A DNA stretch of 64,000 nt from a virus (lineage: Duplodnaviria > Caudoviricetes), in the IMG/VR virus record IMGVR_UViG_3300009506_000084, positions 195-64,194 of that record. One strand, written 5' to 3'. Position numbers and translations under genes: made by a program. The notes beneath the pieces are model-generated. The model was not told the origin of the DNA. It saw nothing but the letters and a program-made list of their open reading frames with translations, and ran no database searches. Below are positions 28,670 to 37,695 of the stretch, piece by piece (the first letter of the stretch is position 1; every line of letters begins with the position of its first letter).

Positions 28670-29523
28670 CCCATCCCGTCAGCGGTTGCTGCTTCATCAA
28701 AAACACCTTTTTGGGGGCCTTCTGCCTGTTTGAAAGCATGGCAAGCCTGCTGCCCTTTGTGGACGACATGACCATCTTGGACCTGGGCAGCACCGACGGC
28801 ACCGAGCACTATTTGAAGGCCATTGCCAACAGCAACCCGCGGGTTAGGGTCTTGCACGGGGAATTTCCGGCGACCGATGCCGGGGTCTTTGCTACGCTGG
28901 CAAACACGCTCATTGCCGGGGTCAAACACGATGCGGTTCTGTACTGGCAGGCCGACGAAATCTGGCACGAAGACCTGCTGCTTCTCATGGAAGAACGGTT
29001 CAAGCGGGATGAGTTTGACCTGAGCTTTTGGCGCATCCAGTACCGGGACAACTTCCAGACGGTCAAGTGGTTCCCGCACGTCGTCCACCGGGTCGGCGTC
29101 AAGGGCCGGTTCAACTTCGTCGGGGACGGCATGAACACCGATAGGTTCATGGAACCGCCCATTTGCAGCGACTACGGCGGCGAGTACTTCATGCAGTGGG
29201 GGCAGATGGGCCAGGAGAAAATCAAGCCCTACGTGAACCAGATGATAACCGACGTTTCGATGGTCGGCGGGTTCCGCGACAACATCCCGTTCCGGCGCAT
29301 GGCCCACGCCCCGTTCTGGCACGAAGAACCGACCATCGAAGGCAAACCGGCCAGCCAGTGGCACGCCGATGCGCTGGCTGACCCCAAGTGGACCCGGCCC
29401 GCCAGCCCCTACAACTTGCCCAAGGCCCTGCGCTTTCATGTAGGACGGACCAGCTACGAATTTCGGAGTGACCTTTTTGACGCGCTGTGCCGGGACACAA
29501 CGCGGGAATGGTTGGGAATCTAA
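28666..29523 (+). CDS. GT2-like glycosyltransferase (paralog of 23360)
   Basis: VSGCCFIKN..LPFVDDMTILDLGSTDGT, WQADEIW, C-terminal VGRTSY shared with 23360. Confidence 0.8.
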   Translation: MTHPVSGCCFIKNTFLGAFCLFESMASLLPFVDDMTILDLGSTDGTEHYLKAIANSNPRVRVLHGEFPATDAGVFATLANTLIAGVKHDAVLYWQADEIWHEDLLLLMEERFKRDEFDLSFWRIQYRDNFQTVKWFPHVVHRVGVKGRFNFVGDGMNTDRFMEPPICSDYGGEYFMQWGQMGQEKIKPYVNQMITDVSMVGGFRDNIPFRRMAHAPFWHEEPTIEGKPASQWHADALADPKWTRPASPYNLPKALRFHVGRTSYEFRSDLFDALCRDTTREWLGI

Positions 29524-29542
29524 CAAAAGGAGGAAAGGACAA

Positions 29543-29728
29543 ATGAACGTGTACATGGTCTATGGGGTAGACAAGACTCAGAACAAGACGGTAGAGGCCG
29601 ATTTCTTCCACGTGGACGAACACGGCATCACCTTCTACCGGGCGGCAGGGGAGGACGAAGAACACGATGAATCCATTGCCTTTTTCCCCGCCTACCACAC
29701 GACCGGGGTTGTCAAGGAGCCAGAATGA
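29543..29728 (+). CDS. Hypothetical protein
   Basis: Strong RBS AGGAGGAAAGGA. Confidence 0.55.
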   Translation: MNVYMVYGVDKTQNKTVEADFFHVDEHGITFYRAAGEDEEHDESIAFFPAYHTTGVVKEPE

Positions 29729-29925
29729 TGTGCTGTGGCGGGAAAAACCGCCCCAATCCGTCGCAAGGGACGACGGTTGACTGTAACGGGCAAGAGGTCC
29801 GTTTCGAACCCAGAGCCTACGTGATAGCGGTCAAAAACAGCATGGACCTGTGTTCGTTCACCGGGACCGGGGCCGATGGCCTGGTCACTTACCTGGATGT
29901 TGAACGGGCGCTCGGAAGGAGATGA
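29725..29925 (+). CDS. Small protein with N-terminal CCGG
   Basis: AAGGAG RBS; MMCCGGK. Confidence 0.4.
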   Translation: MMCCGGKNRPNPSQGTTVDCNGQEVRFEPRAYVIAVKNSMDLCSFTGTGADGLVTYLDVERALGRR

Positions 29926-29928
29926 ATT

Positions 29929-30534
29929 GTGCCATTCGCAATCTATGACAATGAAGGCAATCCGCGTGACATGGACTGGCTCGTTGCCAACTACGGCCCG
30001 GTCGTCGGTCACGCGCCGATGGACGACGAGACGTGGGCGTGGCGGGTCGTTGAGGTCCGGGAGAACAAGCAGGGCAAGAACTTTGTCCTGGTCACCGTGC
30101 TTGATGCAGAGGGCAACCCGGTTGCGGGCAAGAAGGTATCCTGGTACTATTCAAGCGCCCACCACTGGGACGACAATCCCTGCGGCCCCATTGACGGCCT
30201 GCCCCCCGGCATGGTACCCGACGTGTTCGCAGGACCAGGGACCACGAATCCCGCAGGCCTGATTGGCCTGGGAATGAGCTTCGACGGCCAGTACGAACCG
30301 CCAGACATTGGCCCTTACGGCTTTTGGATATGCACCGAAGACGAACCCACGATGGTGGTTTACGGCCTGGGCTGGCTGCGGGCGACTAGTTATCATCACC
30401 TGGACGTGACCGTGCAATGGTCACAGGGAGATGCGTCGAACGGAGAACTGCTAGAAGAACTAGAGGCGGCGCAGACCAGCAACGCGGAAACGGCGCAGCA
30501 CATCGCCAACGCGATTGCGCTTGCCGGGGGCTAA
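29929..30534 (+). CDS. Ig-like/prealbumin-fold hypothetical protein
   Basis: VLVTVLDAEGNPVAG..VSW, GPYGFW, GLGW..HHLDV; C-terminal helix shared with the next gene. Confidence 0.5.
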   Translation: MPFAIYDNEGNPRDMDWLVANYGPVVGHAPMDDETWAWRVVEVRENKQGKNFVLVTVLDAEGNPVAGKKVSWYYSSAHHWDDNPCGPIDGLPPGMVPDVFAGPGTTNPAGLIGLGMSFDGQYEPPDIGPYGFWICTEDEPTMVVYGLGWLRATSYHHLDVTVQWSQGDASNGELLEELEAAQTSNAETAQHIANAIALAGG

Positions 30535-30535
30535 C

Positions 30536-31849
30536 ATGCAAATACCTGAATGTGTGTCAGGTCGGCGGGTCACACCGCGGGGTGTGCACGGTGCCCCAAT
30601 TGGGTTCCAGCCGTGGATGGACCCAAGCTGGCCGTACAACGCTGAACACTGGCAACAATTGCTGACCAATATGGGCGTTTCCTGGATGGTACTGCTCAGT
30701 GAGGGAGACGCAGCCCTTTTGAGCGGCGCAGCAGAAGCCCTCTTGGAGGCCGGGGTCATCCCCATCGTGCGGTTCAATTACCAGTTTCCCCGCCATTGGA
30801 CCCACGGGGACGTGACCGGGCAATACGTCAGTTTGTACAGCCAATATGGAGCGCCGTTTATCGCGGCCATCGGCAACGAGCCGTTTGACCCGCGGGAATG
30901 GGTGGACGGGGACGTGCCGCCCAAAGAAGAAGCCTGGGCCATCATCGCTGACCGCTGGAATGAAGCGGCCTGCATCACCGCGGAACGGGGGGGCATCGCT
31001 GGCTTTCCAGATGGGCCAAGCTATAATCTGGACGATAACCCGTTCTATCGCATCGGGGACCCGGACCTGCACTGGCAGGAAGGGCGGGCCGTGTACCTGG
31101 GCCACCACTACGGCAAGGGCCGACCCTGGGACTACCCGCGGGACGACGTGAGCCGGTTCGGGGTGTCGTTGACCGAAGATGAGTACTGCCAACTGCTCGA
31201 TATCTTCTGCGGCGACCCAAGCTGGCAGGACCTTCCGCTTGACCTCATCAACGCCCAGCGGCTGGCGTGGGCCAACCCGGACCTGACCGCCGTTCAGGAT
31301 GACGTGTGCTGGCACGGCTGGAAACGGGTCCAGCACTTCTCCCAAGAGGCGTTCGGTTTCCAGGTCCAAATGGCGATGACCGAAGGGGGATGGGTGCCCA
31401 GGGACCGGGCCGGAAGCGGGGACAAGAACGAAGAAGAACTGAAACGGCTGATACACGATTACTGGACCAAAGGGTTCACCAGGGAGGCGGCTCACCGGGC
31501 CGCAATCCTCAGCATCGACATTCGCTGGCCGCTGACCACGCCGACCCAGGTTGCCGTCAAGAGCCTGCAAATGTACGGCGACGACCATCCGTTCTTTGCC
31601 GTCTGCCCCTGGCTGCTGGCCTGTTCTGACATGGGCGGCAGCGGATGGGAATATGATGCGTGGCACGGGTGGGCGTTTGAACCGGAGCACGGGCGACAGA
31701 AGCCGGTCATTCAGGCCCTCATCGACAACCCGCCCAACGGGAACGACCTGTTGGCAGAACTGTACGCGGCGATGGAGGCCTGTTTGGAGACAGATGCACG
31801 GCTGGCCGCAGCCATCGCCCTGGCACAAGGAGTACAGCGATGCCCATGA
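30536..31849 (+). CDS. Putative TIM-barrel glycoside hydrolase (clan GH-A-like), possible lysin
   Basis: IGNEP acid/base-like motif, MTEGGW nucleophile-like motif, AVCPWLL. Confidence 0.6.
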   Translation: MQIPECVSGRRVTPRGVHGAPIGFQPWMDPSWPYNAEHWQQLLTNMGVSWMVLLSEGDAALLSGAAEALLEAGVIPIVRFNYQFPRHWTHGDVTGQYVSLYSQYGAPFIAAIGNEPFDPREWVDGDVPPKEEAWAIIADRWNEAACITAERGGIAGFPDGPSYNLDDNPFYRIGDPDLHWQEGRAVYLGHHYGKGRPWDYPRDDVSRFGVSLTEDEYCQLLDIFCGDPSWQDLPLDLINAQRLAWANPDLTAVQDDVCWHGWKRVQHFSQEAFGFQVQMAMTEGGWVPRDRAGSGDKNEEELKRLIHDYWTKGFTREAAHRAAILSIDIRWPLTTPTQVAVKSLQMYGDDHPFFAVCPWLLACSDMGGSGWEYDAWHGWAFEPEHGRQKPVIQALIDNPPNGNDLLAELYAAMEACLETDARLAAAIALAQGVQRCP

Positions 31850-32379
31850 ACTCTTTGCGGCTCACCCGGCGGGAATTTCTGAAACTGATAGGGCTGACGA
31901 CCACCGGCGCGGCGACGGGCTGGAAGCCACGTGTGGAGATTCTTCCTTATGAGTCCCCGGTTCTGGTTGACCAGGCGGCCAGGCAGCGTACCTTGTTTGC
32001 AAGTGACCTGCAATTCGCCAACGTGGGCGATGGCCTGCTGTCTTACATGTTTATGGCCCCGCAGGACACCCAGGGAGAGGTGGACCTGACCCTGTTGTGG
32101 ACGGGAAAGAGCCGGGAATTCGGCTGGTGGGTGGACCGGCTGGACTGGCACCAACTGGGGGAAGACCTGGGGCGCTGTGACCCCTTTGCGGCATTGCCGA
32201 TGACCTTGAGAGAGCTTCAATCGGAAGGGCCGGACCTGGTCAACCGGGACCCGTTGGGCAGTTTCCCTGTCAAGCCGTCCGGCCTGTACTCCATCGGCCT
32301 GTACACCCCGCACCTGCCCTATCTTCTCAAAGAGGGGGCAATTAGGGTGTTGGGCCTGGATTTGTCATGGATGGCGTGA
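31840..32379 (+). CDS. Protein with twin-arginine (Tat)-like signal
   Basis: LTRREFLKLIGLTTTGAATG. Confidence 0.5.
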   Translation: MPMNSLRLTRREFLKLIGLTTTGAATGWKPRVEILPYESPVLVDQAARQRTLFASDLQFANVGDGLLSYMFMAPQDTQGEVDLTLLWTGKSREFGWWVDRLDWHQLGEDLGRCDPFAALPMTLRELQSEGPDLVNRDPLGSFPVKPSGLYSIGLYTPHLPYLLKEGAIRVLGLDLSWMA

Positions 32380-33002
32380 CCATGGATTTCACAGCGGTGC
32401 GCGACCTGGCTCTGTCCTTTGACGACGGGCCGACCGGCGACCCTTTTCTGGACGACCGCTACCAGTGGCAGATTGACACCTTCGGTCATCCCAAGCCCTA
32501 CTATCGCCTGTTCTACCGGCTGGCTGAACTGCTCAAGCCGCGCATGGTCGTGGAGCTTGGCGCGTGGCGGGCGACCGGGGCGGCGCACCTTGCCCCGCAC
32601 AGCGGGACGGTGGTCACCATAGACCATCACACCGACCCCGGCGATGAGGAAAACAAGCGGTGGTGCGTTGAAGCCGCACAGCATTACGACAACTTGCTGT
32701 ACTTCCAAGGGTGGACCTGGGACCTGGTAAGCGATGTCTGGTACATCGGCAAATACATCGACGTGTTGTTCATCGACTCCTGGCACCACTACGATTATGC
32801 CATGAAAGACTGGAAATCCTACGTTGACATGCTGCGCCCGGAGGGAGCCTTGGTCATCGTGGATGACCTGGAAGACGTGGAGCCGACCTTGCACGACATG
32901 GTCAAGTTCTGGAATGAAATCAGCGACGGGTTCGACCGCTTTGTGCTCAAGGACGTGTCTACTTATCCGATGGGGTTCTTTTTGTGGAAGGAAAACAGCT
33001 AA
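32367..33002 (+). CDS. Class I SAM methyltransferase (Methyltransf_24-like)
   Basis: VVELGAWRATG, VTID, IDVLFIDSWHHY, LVIVDD. Confidence 0.8.
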   Translation: MDGVTMDFTAVRDLALSFDDGPTGDPFLDDRYQWQIDTFGHPKPYYRLFYRLAELLKPRMVVELGAWRATGAAHLAPHSGTVVTIDHHTDPGDEENKRWCVEAAQHYDNLLYFQGWTWDLVSDVWYIGKYIDVLFIDSWHHYDYAMKDWKSYVDMLRPEGALVIVDDLEDVEPTLHDMVKFWNEISDGFDRFVLKDVSTYPMGFFLWKENS

Positions 33003-33553
33003 CAACCCATAGCCTGCCGTGGCTGTTGCCAGCGGCCATCGAGTTTCTTGAAGGCATCCTGACGCCGGAGGCCAGGGTGTTTGAGTGGGGCATGGGCGGC
33101 AGCACCCCGTGGCTGGCCGACCGCTGCGGGCTGCTTTGGTCGGTAGACCACAACCCGGCGTGGTTTGAGGCGTGCTGGCAGGAACTTTGCAGCCGCGGCC
33201 ATGTCAACCTGCTGCTCTACCCGCCGGAAGGCAGCGACCGCGGCGACGCATCCGACCCGGACGCCTTTCTGTCGTCCTGCAAGACCGGCAGCTTCGAACG
33301 GTACGTCAAGACCATCGGCCTGTGCAAGGACTACGACGTGGTCCTGGTCGATGGCAGGGCGCGGGCGTCCTGCATCAAGGCCGGGGCAGAGGCCCTCAAG
33401 CCGGGCGGCTGGCTGGTGGTGGACAACACAGAGCGGGACTGGTACCTGAGAAGGGCCGGAGAATACCTGAAAGGATGGCAATGCGTCGTGTTCAAGGAGT
33501 CGGGTTGGCAAACATCGTTCTGGCGGAAGCCAGGTGGGGAGTGTTGTGAATGA
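32984..33553 (+). CDS. Class I SAM methyltransferase-like protein
   Basis: PWL, VFEWGMGGST, SVDHN, VLVDGRAR, LKPGGWLVVDN. Confidence 0.8.
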   Translation: MEGKQLTTHSLPWLLPAAIEFLEGILTPEARVFEWGMGGSTPWLADRCGLLWSVDHNPAWFEACWQELCSRGHVNLLLYPPEGSDRGDASDPDAFLSSCKTGSFERYVKTIGLCKDYDVVLVDGRARASCIKAGAEALKPGGWLVVDNTERDWYLRRAGEYLKGWQCVVFKESGWQTSFWRKPGGECCE

Positions 33554-34095
33554 ACCTGACGAACCTTGCTTACCTGGTAGACAAAGCCGTGGAAACCGAC
33601 CCGCCAAAAGACCTGCTGGCCTATTGTGGCGACCAGTACCGGCCTTATTATCACTTGCTGTACCTTTTGGCATTACACACGCCACACGCCTGCGTGGAAT
33701 TGGGGGTCGAGAAGGGACGGGGCGCGTTCGCAATGGCGCTAGCAGGACGTGATGTGTGGGGGATGGACCACACGCGGCGGGACGAACTGGCCGTGGTCGA
33801 GCGCCGGTTCCCCAACTTCCATTACCTGGAGCAGAGCAGCCTTCCGGTGCCCAAGCGGGTCAAGGCGCCCGTCGGCCTGCTGCACGTGGACACCGAACAC
33901 AGCTACGCCCAGGCCAGGGAAGAATTTTGGGCGTACAAGGAGTATCTTCCCATCGGTGGGACGGTCTGTTTCGATGACACCCACGCCCAGGAATATCAGG
34001 TCGCCCATTTCGTGACCACCTTGCCGTGGCCGACTATCTTCGATGACCGTCTGCACGAATGCGGGTACGCGGTCGTGGTCTATACCGGGGGCTAA
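33550..34095 (+). CDS. Class I SAM methyltransferase (Methyltransf_24-like)
   Basis: CVELGVEKG, LLHVDTEHSY, VCFDD. Confidence 0.8.
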   Translation: MNLTNLAYLVDKAVETDPPKDLLAYCGDQYRPYYHLLYLLALHTPHACVELGVEKGRGAFAMALAGRDVWGMDHTRRDELAVVERRFPNFHYLEQSSLPVPKRVKAPVGLLHVDTEHSYAQAREEFWAYKEYLPIGGTVCFDDTHAQEYQVAHFVTTLPWPTIFDDRLHECGYAVVVYTGG

Positions 34096-34096
34096 G

Positions 34097-34960
34097 ATGA
34101 GTGATTTGGAATGGAAGCTGGAAAAATCAAACCCAAGCCAGCCCCGCATCCCGCCTGGTGTGCCGGAAGGCGGGCAATGGACCCAGGCGTCGGGGCTGGG
34201 TGGGGGAGGAAAGCCGATGGGTAACCTACGGGGTCGTTCTGGTCGTAGTGACCCCAAACTGCCAAGAGATAGGGCGGGTCAAGCTGTCCTGTCTGGTCTG
34301 GCAAAAGGAACCCCTGACGGCATGCGGAAATTAGGTTTACACGGGTGGTCAAATCCGACACTGGAAGATGCCAAGCTCGTAAAAGATGAGATTTGCACAG
34401 AGCTAACAGAAAAAACAGGCCTGCCCTATAATACAGTGAGAACATTGGTTAAAACCTGGGCGGAAAGCTCTGCCGACAATAACGTGCTGTCACTCCAATT
34501 GCAAAAGGCAGCAAGCGATGAATTTGGGTTGAAGCTGAGGCAATCTGTCAGAAGCCGTCTCAAGAAAAATATTGAACTAATGAGTGACCTTTCATCGCAC
34601 AAAAGCCTAGAAAACCTCAACCTTACCGAAAAAGATGCCCGTGGATTCTTGAGGGCTATGTACAACAATACGCAAAAGCGGCTTGCCGACAGCGGTATCA
34701 AAGAGTTAACCCTGTATCGTGGCAGTGAGAGCTTTGAAAAGTATGAAGGACAGGATATTCGGTTGTCTGGAAATCCCATGCAATCCTGGTCTGTCTCTAA
34801 TTATGAGGCGTCTCTTTTTGGAAGGGCTGCGGTAATGAGGGTTCCGGCGACATCTATCATCAGCAGCGCCAGGACAGGGTTCGGTTGTCTATCTGAGGGG
34901 GAATTCGTGATATTGGTTGGAAATGATTCTGACCACACGGCGACAGTCCTTGAGGCTTGA
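34097..34960 (+). CDS. Tagged ADP-ribosyltransferase (divergent R-S-E)
   Basis: Leader MSDLEWKLEKSNPSQPRIPPGVPEGGQWT; LTLYRG, MQSWS, SEGEFVIL. Confidence 0.72.
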   Translation: MSDLEWKLEKSNPSQPRIPPGVPEGGQWTQASGLGGGGKPMGNLRGRSGRSDPKLPRDRAGQAVLSGLAKGTPDGMRKLGLHGWSNPTLEDAKLVKDEICTELTEKTGLPYNTVRTLVKTWAESSADNNVLSLQLQKAASDEFGLKLRQSVRSRLKKNIELMSDLSSHKSLENLNLTEKDARGFLRAMYNNTQKRLADSGIKELTLYRGSESFEKYEGQDIRLSGNPMQSWSVSNYEASLFGRAAVMRVPATSIISSARTGFGCLSEGEFVILVGNDSDHTATVLEA

Positions 34961-34978
34961 AGTAAAAGGGTATAAAAC

Positions 34979-35152
34979 ATGACCAAAAAAGAAGAATTGC
35001 CACTGGTTGACCCAGACGACCCGGAAGAAAACGAAGATTGGATACTGACGCCAGAGAAGCGCAAGCGGGAGGTGGCGCTGTTTGACGGGTTGCCTGAGAA
35101 AAAGACGTACAAAATAACCTGGCAAGAAGAAAAACAGCCCAAAGAAGAATAA
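34979..35152 (+). CDS. 57-aa charged protein, candidate partner of the upstream ART (not in ORF track)
   Basis: MTKKEELPLVDPDDPEENEDWILTPEKRKREVALFDGLPEKKTYKITWQEEKQPKEE; fills the gap between the two ARTs. Confidence 0.6.
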   Translation: MTKKEELPLVDPDDPEENEDWILTPEKRKREVALFDGLPEKKTYKITWQEEKQPKEE

Positions 35153-35154
35153 AG

Positions 35155-35832
35155 ATGGACAAGTATCACTGGAAGCTGGAAGTACAAAAGGGGTTTGACC
35201 CCAATCAACCCCGATGGCCTGCCGGGATGCCGTGGGGCGGTCAATGGCGGTCGCTTGGCGGGCAAGGCAGCGAAGTGTTGGATTTCGGGACCAATTGGGG
35301 AAAAGCCAGCGATTGGGGCCGGGAAAGCTCTCGACGGTGGACCAAGACTGTCACCAAAGAAGAAAAAGATGCCATCTTCCGCTACACGGCAAGTGGTTGG
35401 TATTCAATAAATAGAATACTCAGGGGAAAGAACCGGGAGGATGATTTCAACCTAGATTTTCGGGGAGACAAGCAAAAGCTGGACTCGGCTCTTTCCCGTT
35501 CCACAATCCCTTCCAATGTCAAGGCATATCGGGGCATGTGCAAAGGAGACAAATGTGCTGAAAGAATTAGCCAGCTTCAACCAGGAGACACATTCACTGA
35601 CAAAGGATACACTTCTACTTCCCTGGTTGCCAACATCGCATTCAGAAAACGGGTGATGGTCAACATCACAGTGCCCAAGGGGACCAAGGCGGCTTATATT
35701 GACCACCTATCCGAGAACAAGGGCGAATATGAACTGCTTATTGCAAGAAACTCAACCTTTCGCGTGGATGCTGTAAGGCGAGAAGGGGAATTGATAGACC
35801 TAGACGTAACCCTCATCGGACAGGGAGAATAA
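35155..35832 (+). CDS. Tagged ADP-ribosyltransferase (VIP2/C3-like)
   Basis: Leader MDKYHWKLEVQKGFDPNQPRWPAGMPWGGQW; YTASGWYSINRILR, KAYRG, DKGYTSTS, EYELLIAR. Confidence 0.88.
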   Translation: MDKYHWKLEVQKGFDPNQPRWPAGMPWGGQWRSLGGQGSEVLDFGTNWGKASDWGRESSRRWTKTVTKEEKDAIFRYTASGWYSINRILRGKNREDDFNLDFRGDKQKLDSALSRSTIPSNVKAYRGMCKGDKCAERISQLQPGDTFTDKGYTSTSLVANIAFRKRVMVNITVPKGTKAAYIDHLSENKGEYELLIARNSTFRVDAVRREGELIDLDVTLIGQGE

Positions 35833-35833
35833 C

Positions 35834-35932
35834 ATGAAAAAAGAAGACAAGTTCATCTGGGAAGATGACGACATTATCATTGTGAAAAAAGACAAAAAGC
35901 CGGAAAAGAAAAAGGAACCCAAAAGGAAATGA
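35834..35932 (+). CDS. 32-aa peptide, candidate partner of the upstream ART (not in ORF track)
   Basis: GGGAG RBS; MKKEDKFIWEDDDIIIVKKDKKPEKKKEPKRK; ATGA overlap with the next gene. Confidence 0.55.
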   Translation: MKKEDKFIWEDDDIIIVKKDKKPEKKKEPKRK

Positions 35933-36501
35933 ACCCTGGCTGGTTTCATGCGCTGGCTGACATCGCAATGGCAATGCCGGTGTGGCCTGATGAACGGTTT
36001 CCGCCGTCGCCCTATTACCGGTTCTTCCGGGCGTTGGCCTCTAATCTGCACCCAGGGTTGAGTGTGGAGCTTGGCGTCTGTGGCGGTGGCGGGTCGTTTC
36101 ACCTGGCCGTCGGGTGGCCGGATGGCGTGGTGGTGGGCATAGAGAACGGCAAGCCGACGCCCCAACAGCGGGACAACTGGCATTTCATCGAGTCGTTCTG
36201 CCCCAACTTCAAGTTGTGGGAGATTGACAGCGTCCTGGCGGCTCCGCTGGTTTCGGCGGAGTATGGGGCGACCAACATTCTGTTCATTGACACGACCCAC
36301 ACCTACGACCAGACCATGGCCGAGTGGAACGCCTGGGAACCCTGGCTGGCGACCAGCGCCGTGGTCATGTTGGACGACCTATTCCGTCCGGGCATGGAAG
36401 ACGCGTGGAGCGACATCCCGTGGCCGAACAAGCTGCGATTGGACCAACTGCACGACGGGTCACCGGGCATCGGTGGGGGATTTGGGGTGGTATGGCGATG
36501 A
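35929..36501 (+). CDS. Class I SAM methyltransferase (Methyltransf_24-like)
   Basis: PYYRF, SVELGVCGG, ILFIDTTHTY, VMLDD. Confidence 0.8.
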   Translation: MNPGWFHALADIAMAMPVWPDERFPPSPYYRFFRALASNLHPGLSVELGVCGGGGSFHLAVGWPDGVVVGIENGKPTPQQRDNWHFIESFCPNFKLWEIDSVLAAPLVSAEYGATNILFIDTTHTYDQTMAEWNAWEPWLATSAVVMLDDLFRPGMEDAWSDIPWPNKLRLDQLHDGSPGIGGGFGVVWR

Positions 36502-37694
36502 AAAAGGCACTCTTGGTCGAACCCCAAAAGGGGCAGGATTGGGGCAACAACAACCAGTATGTCGGCCTGTTGCGCGTCGGGCGCTGGCTGCAAGCGACTG
36601 GTTACGATGTGCGCTACGCGGTCATGCCCGACCTTCCGGCACGGGAGGAATTCTCACCCGAAACGGTCTATGTCACGTCCATGTTCACCTACGATTACCC
36701 GAATGTGTGGGATGCGGTCCACACCTGCAAACGCATGTACCCGGCGGCGGAAGTCCAGTTGGGTGGGGTCTACGCGACCATCTGCCACGAACATGCCATG
36801 CAAAGCGGTGCCGATGTGGTCTACCAGGGCAGACACGCACAGGCCCGGTTCTACCCGCCCAATCCCAACCTGCTGCCCGAAAGGCCGCAATTGGCCTACC
36901 TGTTCACCAGTTATGGATGCAACCGGGGCTGCACCTATTGCGCAACCCACCTGTTGTTTGGCAAGGGCATGGAGCAATCCGACCCGCAAATCGTCATCAG
37001 CGAAATCAAGTACCTGACCCGGCTTGGCTATCGCCGCATCCGGTTCGGGGATGACAACATTCTGTTCAACGCCGAAAACCACATCAACCGGGTCTGCGAA
37101 GAAATCTTGCATCACGGCGTCAAGGCCCGGTTCGAAGTCCCTGGCGGTATGACGGCCAAGGAATTGACCCAGGAAACGCTGGACCTGATGCGAAGGGCCG
37201 GGTTTGAGCAGTTCAGCTTCGCCATTGAAAGCGTGTCCGATGCGGTCCTCAAAAAGATGGGGCGGGCCGACCATACCGACCGCGAAGACCTGACAAGGGC
37301 CGTCGAAATGTGTGAACGGTCAGGCCTTAAACGGCGAGACATCGACGTGTATTTTCTCATCGGCTTGCCCTACCAGACCCTGGAAAGCATGGTCGATACG
37401 CTGGTGTTCCTGCTGGGCCTGGGAGTTTGGGCGCATCCCCAACGACTGACCCCCATTCCCCATACGGTCGAATGGAAGCGCATGAAGCTGGAAGATTGGG
37501 ACTACCGCGACTTGTATTATCGGGATTTCGTCGCCCCAGACCAGGACAACTTCACCGGCGACGACCTGAATGCCATCTATCTGCTGGCGCGCATGTTCAA
37601 TGTGGGAAGCAGGTTAACCAGCGGGGTCAACTGGCTGACCCAGGAAGGACGCGTGCAGGAAATGTTCCGCCAAAAGCTAAGGGAAACCCTGTAA
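36498..37694 (+). CDS. B12-binding radical SAM protein
   Basis: TSMFTY and LGGVYAT in the N-terminal domain; TSYGCNRGCTYC; FGDDNI; FAIES. Confidence 0.88.
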   Translation: MKKALLVEPQKGQDWGNNNQYVGLLRVGRWLQATGYDVRYAVMPDLPAREEFSPETVYVTSMFTYDYPNVWDAVHTCKRMYPAAEVQLGGVYATICHEHAMQSGADVVYQGRHAQARFYPPNPNLLPERPQLAYLFTSYGCNRGCTYCATHLLFGKGMEQSDPQIVISEIKYLTRLGYRRIRFGDDNILFNAENHINRVCEEILHHGVKARFEVPGGMTAKELTQETLDLMRRAGFEQFSFAIESVSDAVLKKMGRADHTDREDLTRAVEMCERSGLKRRDIDVYFLIGLPYQTLESMVDTLVFLLGLGVWAHPQRLTPIPHTVEWKRMKLEDWDYRDLYYRDFVAPDQDNFTGDDLNAIYLLARMFNVGSRLTSGVNWLTQEGRVQEMFRQKLRETL

Positions 37695-37695
37695 A

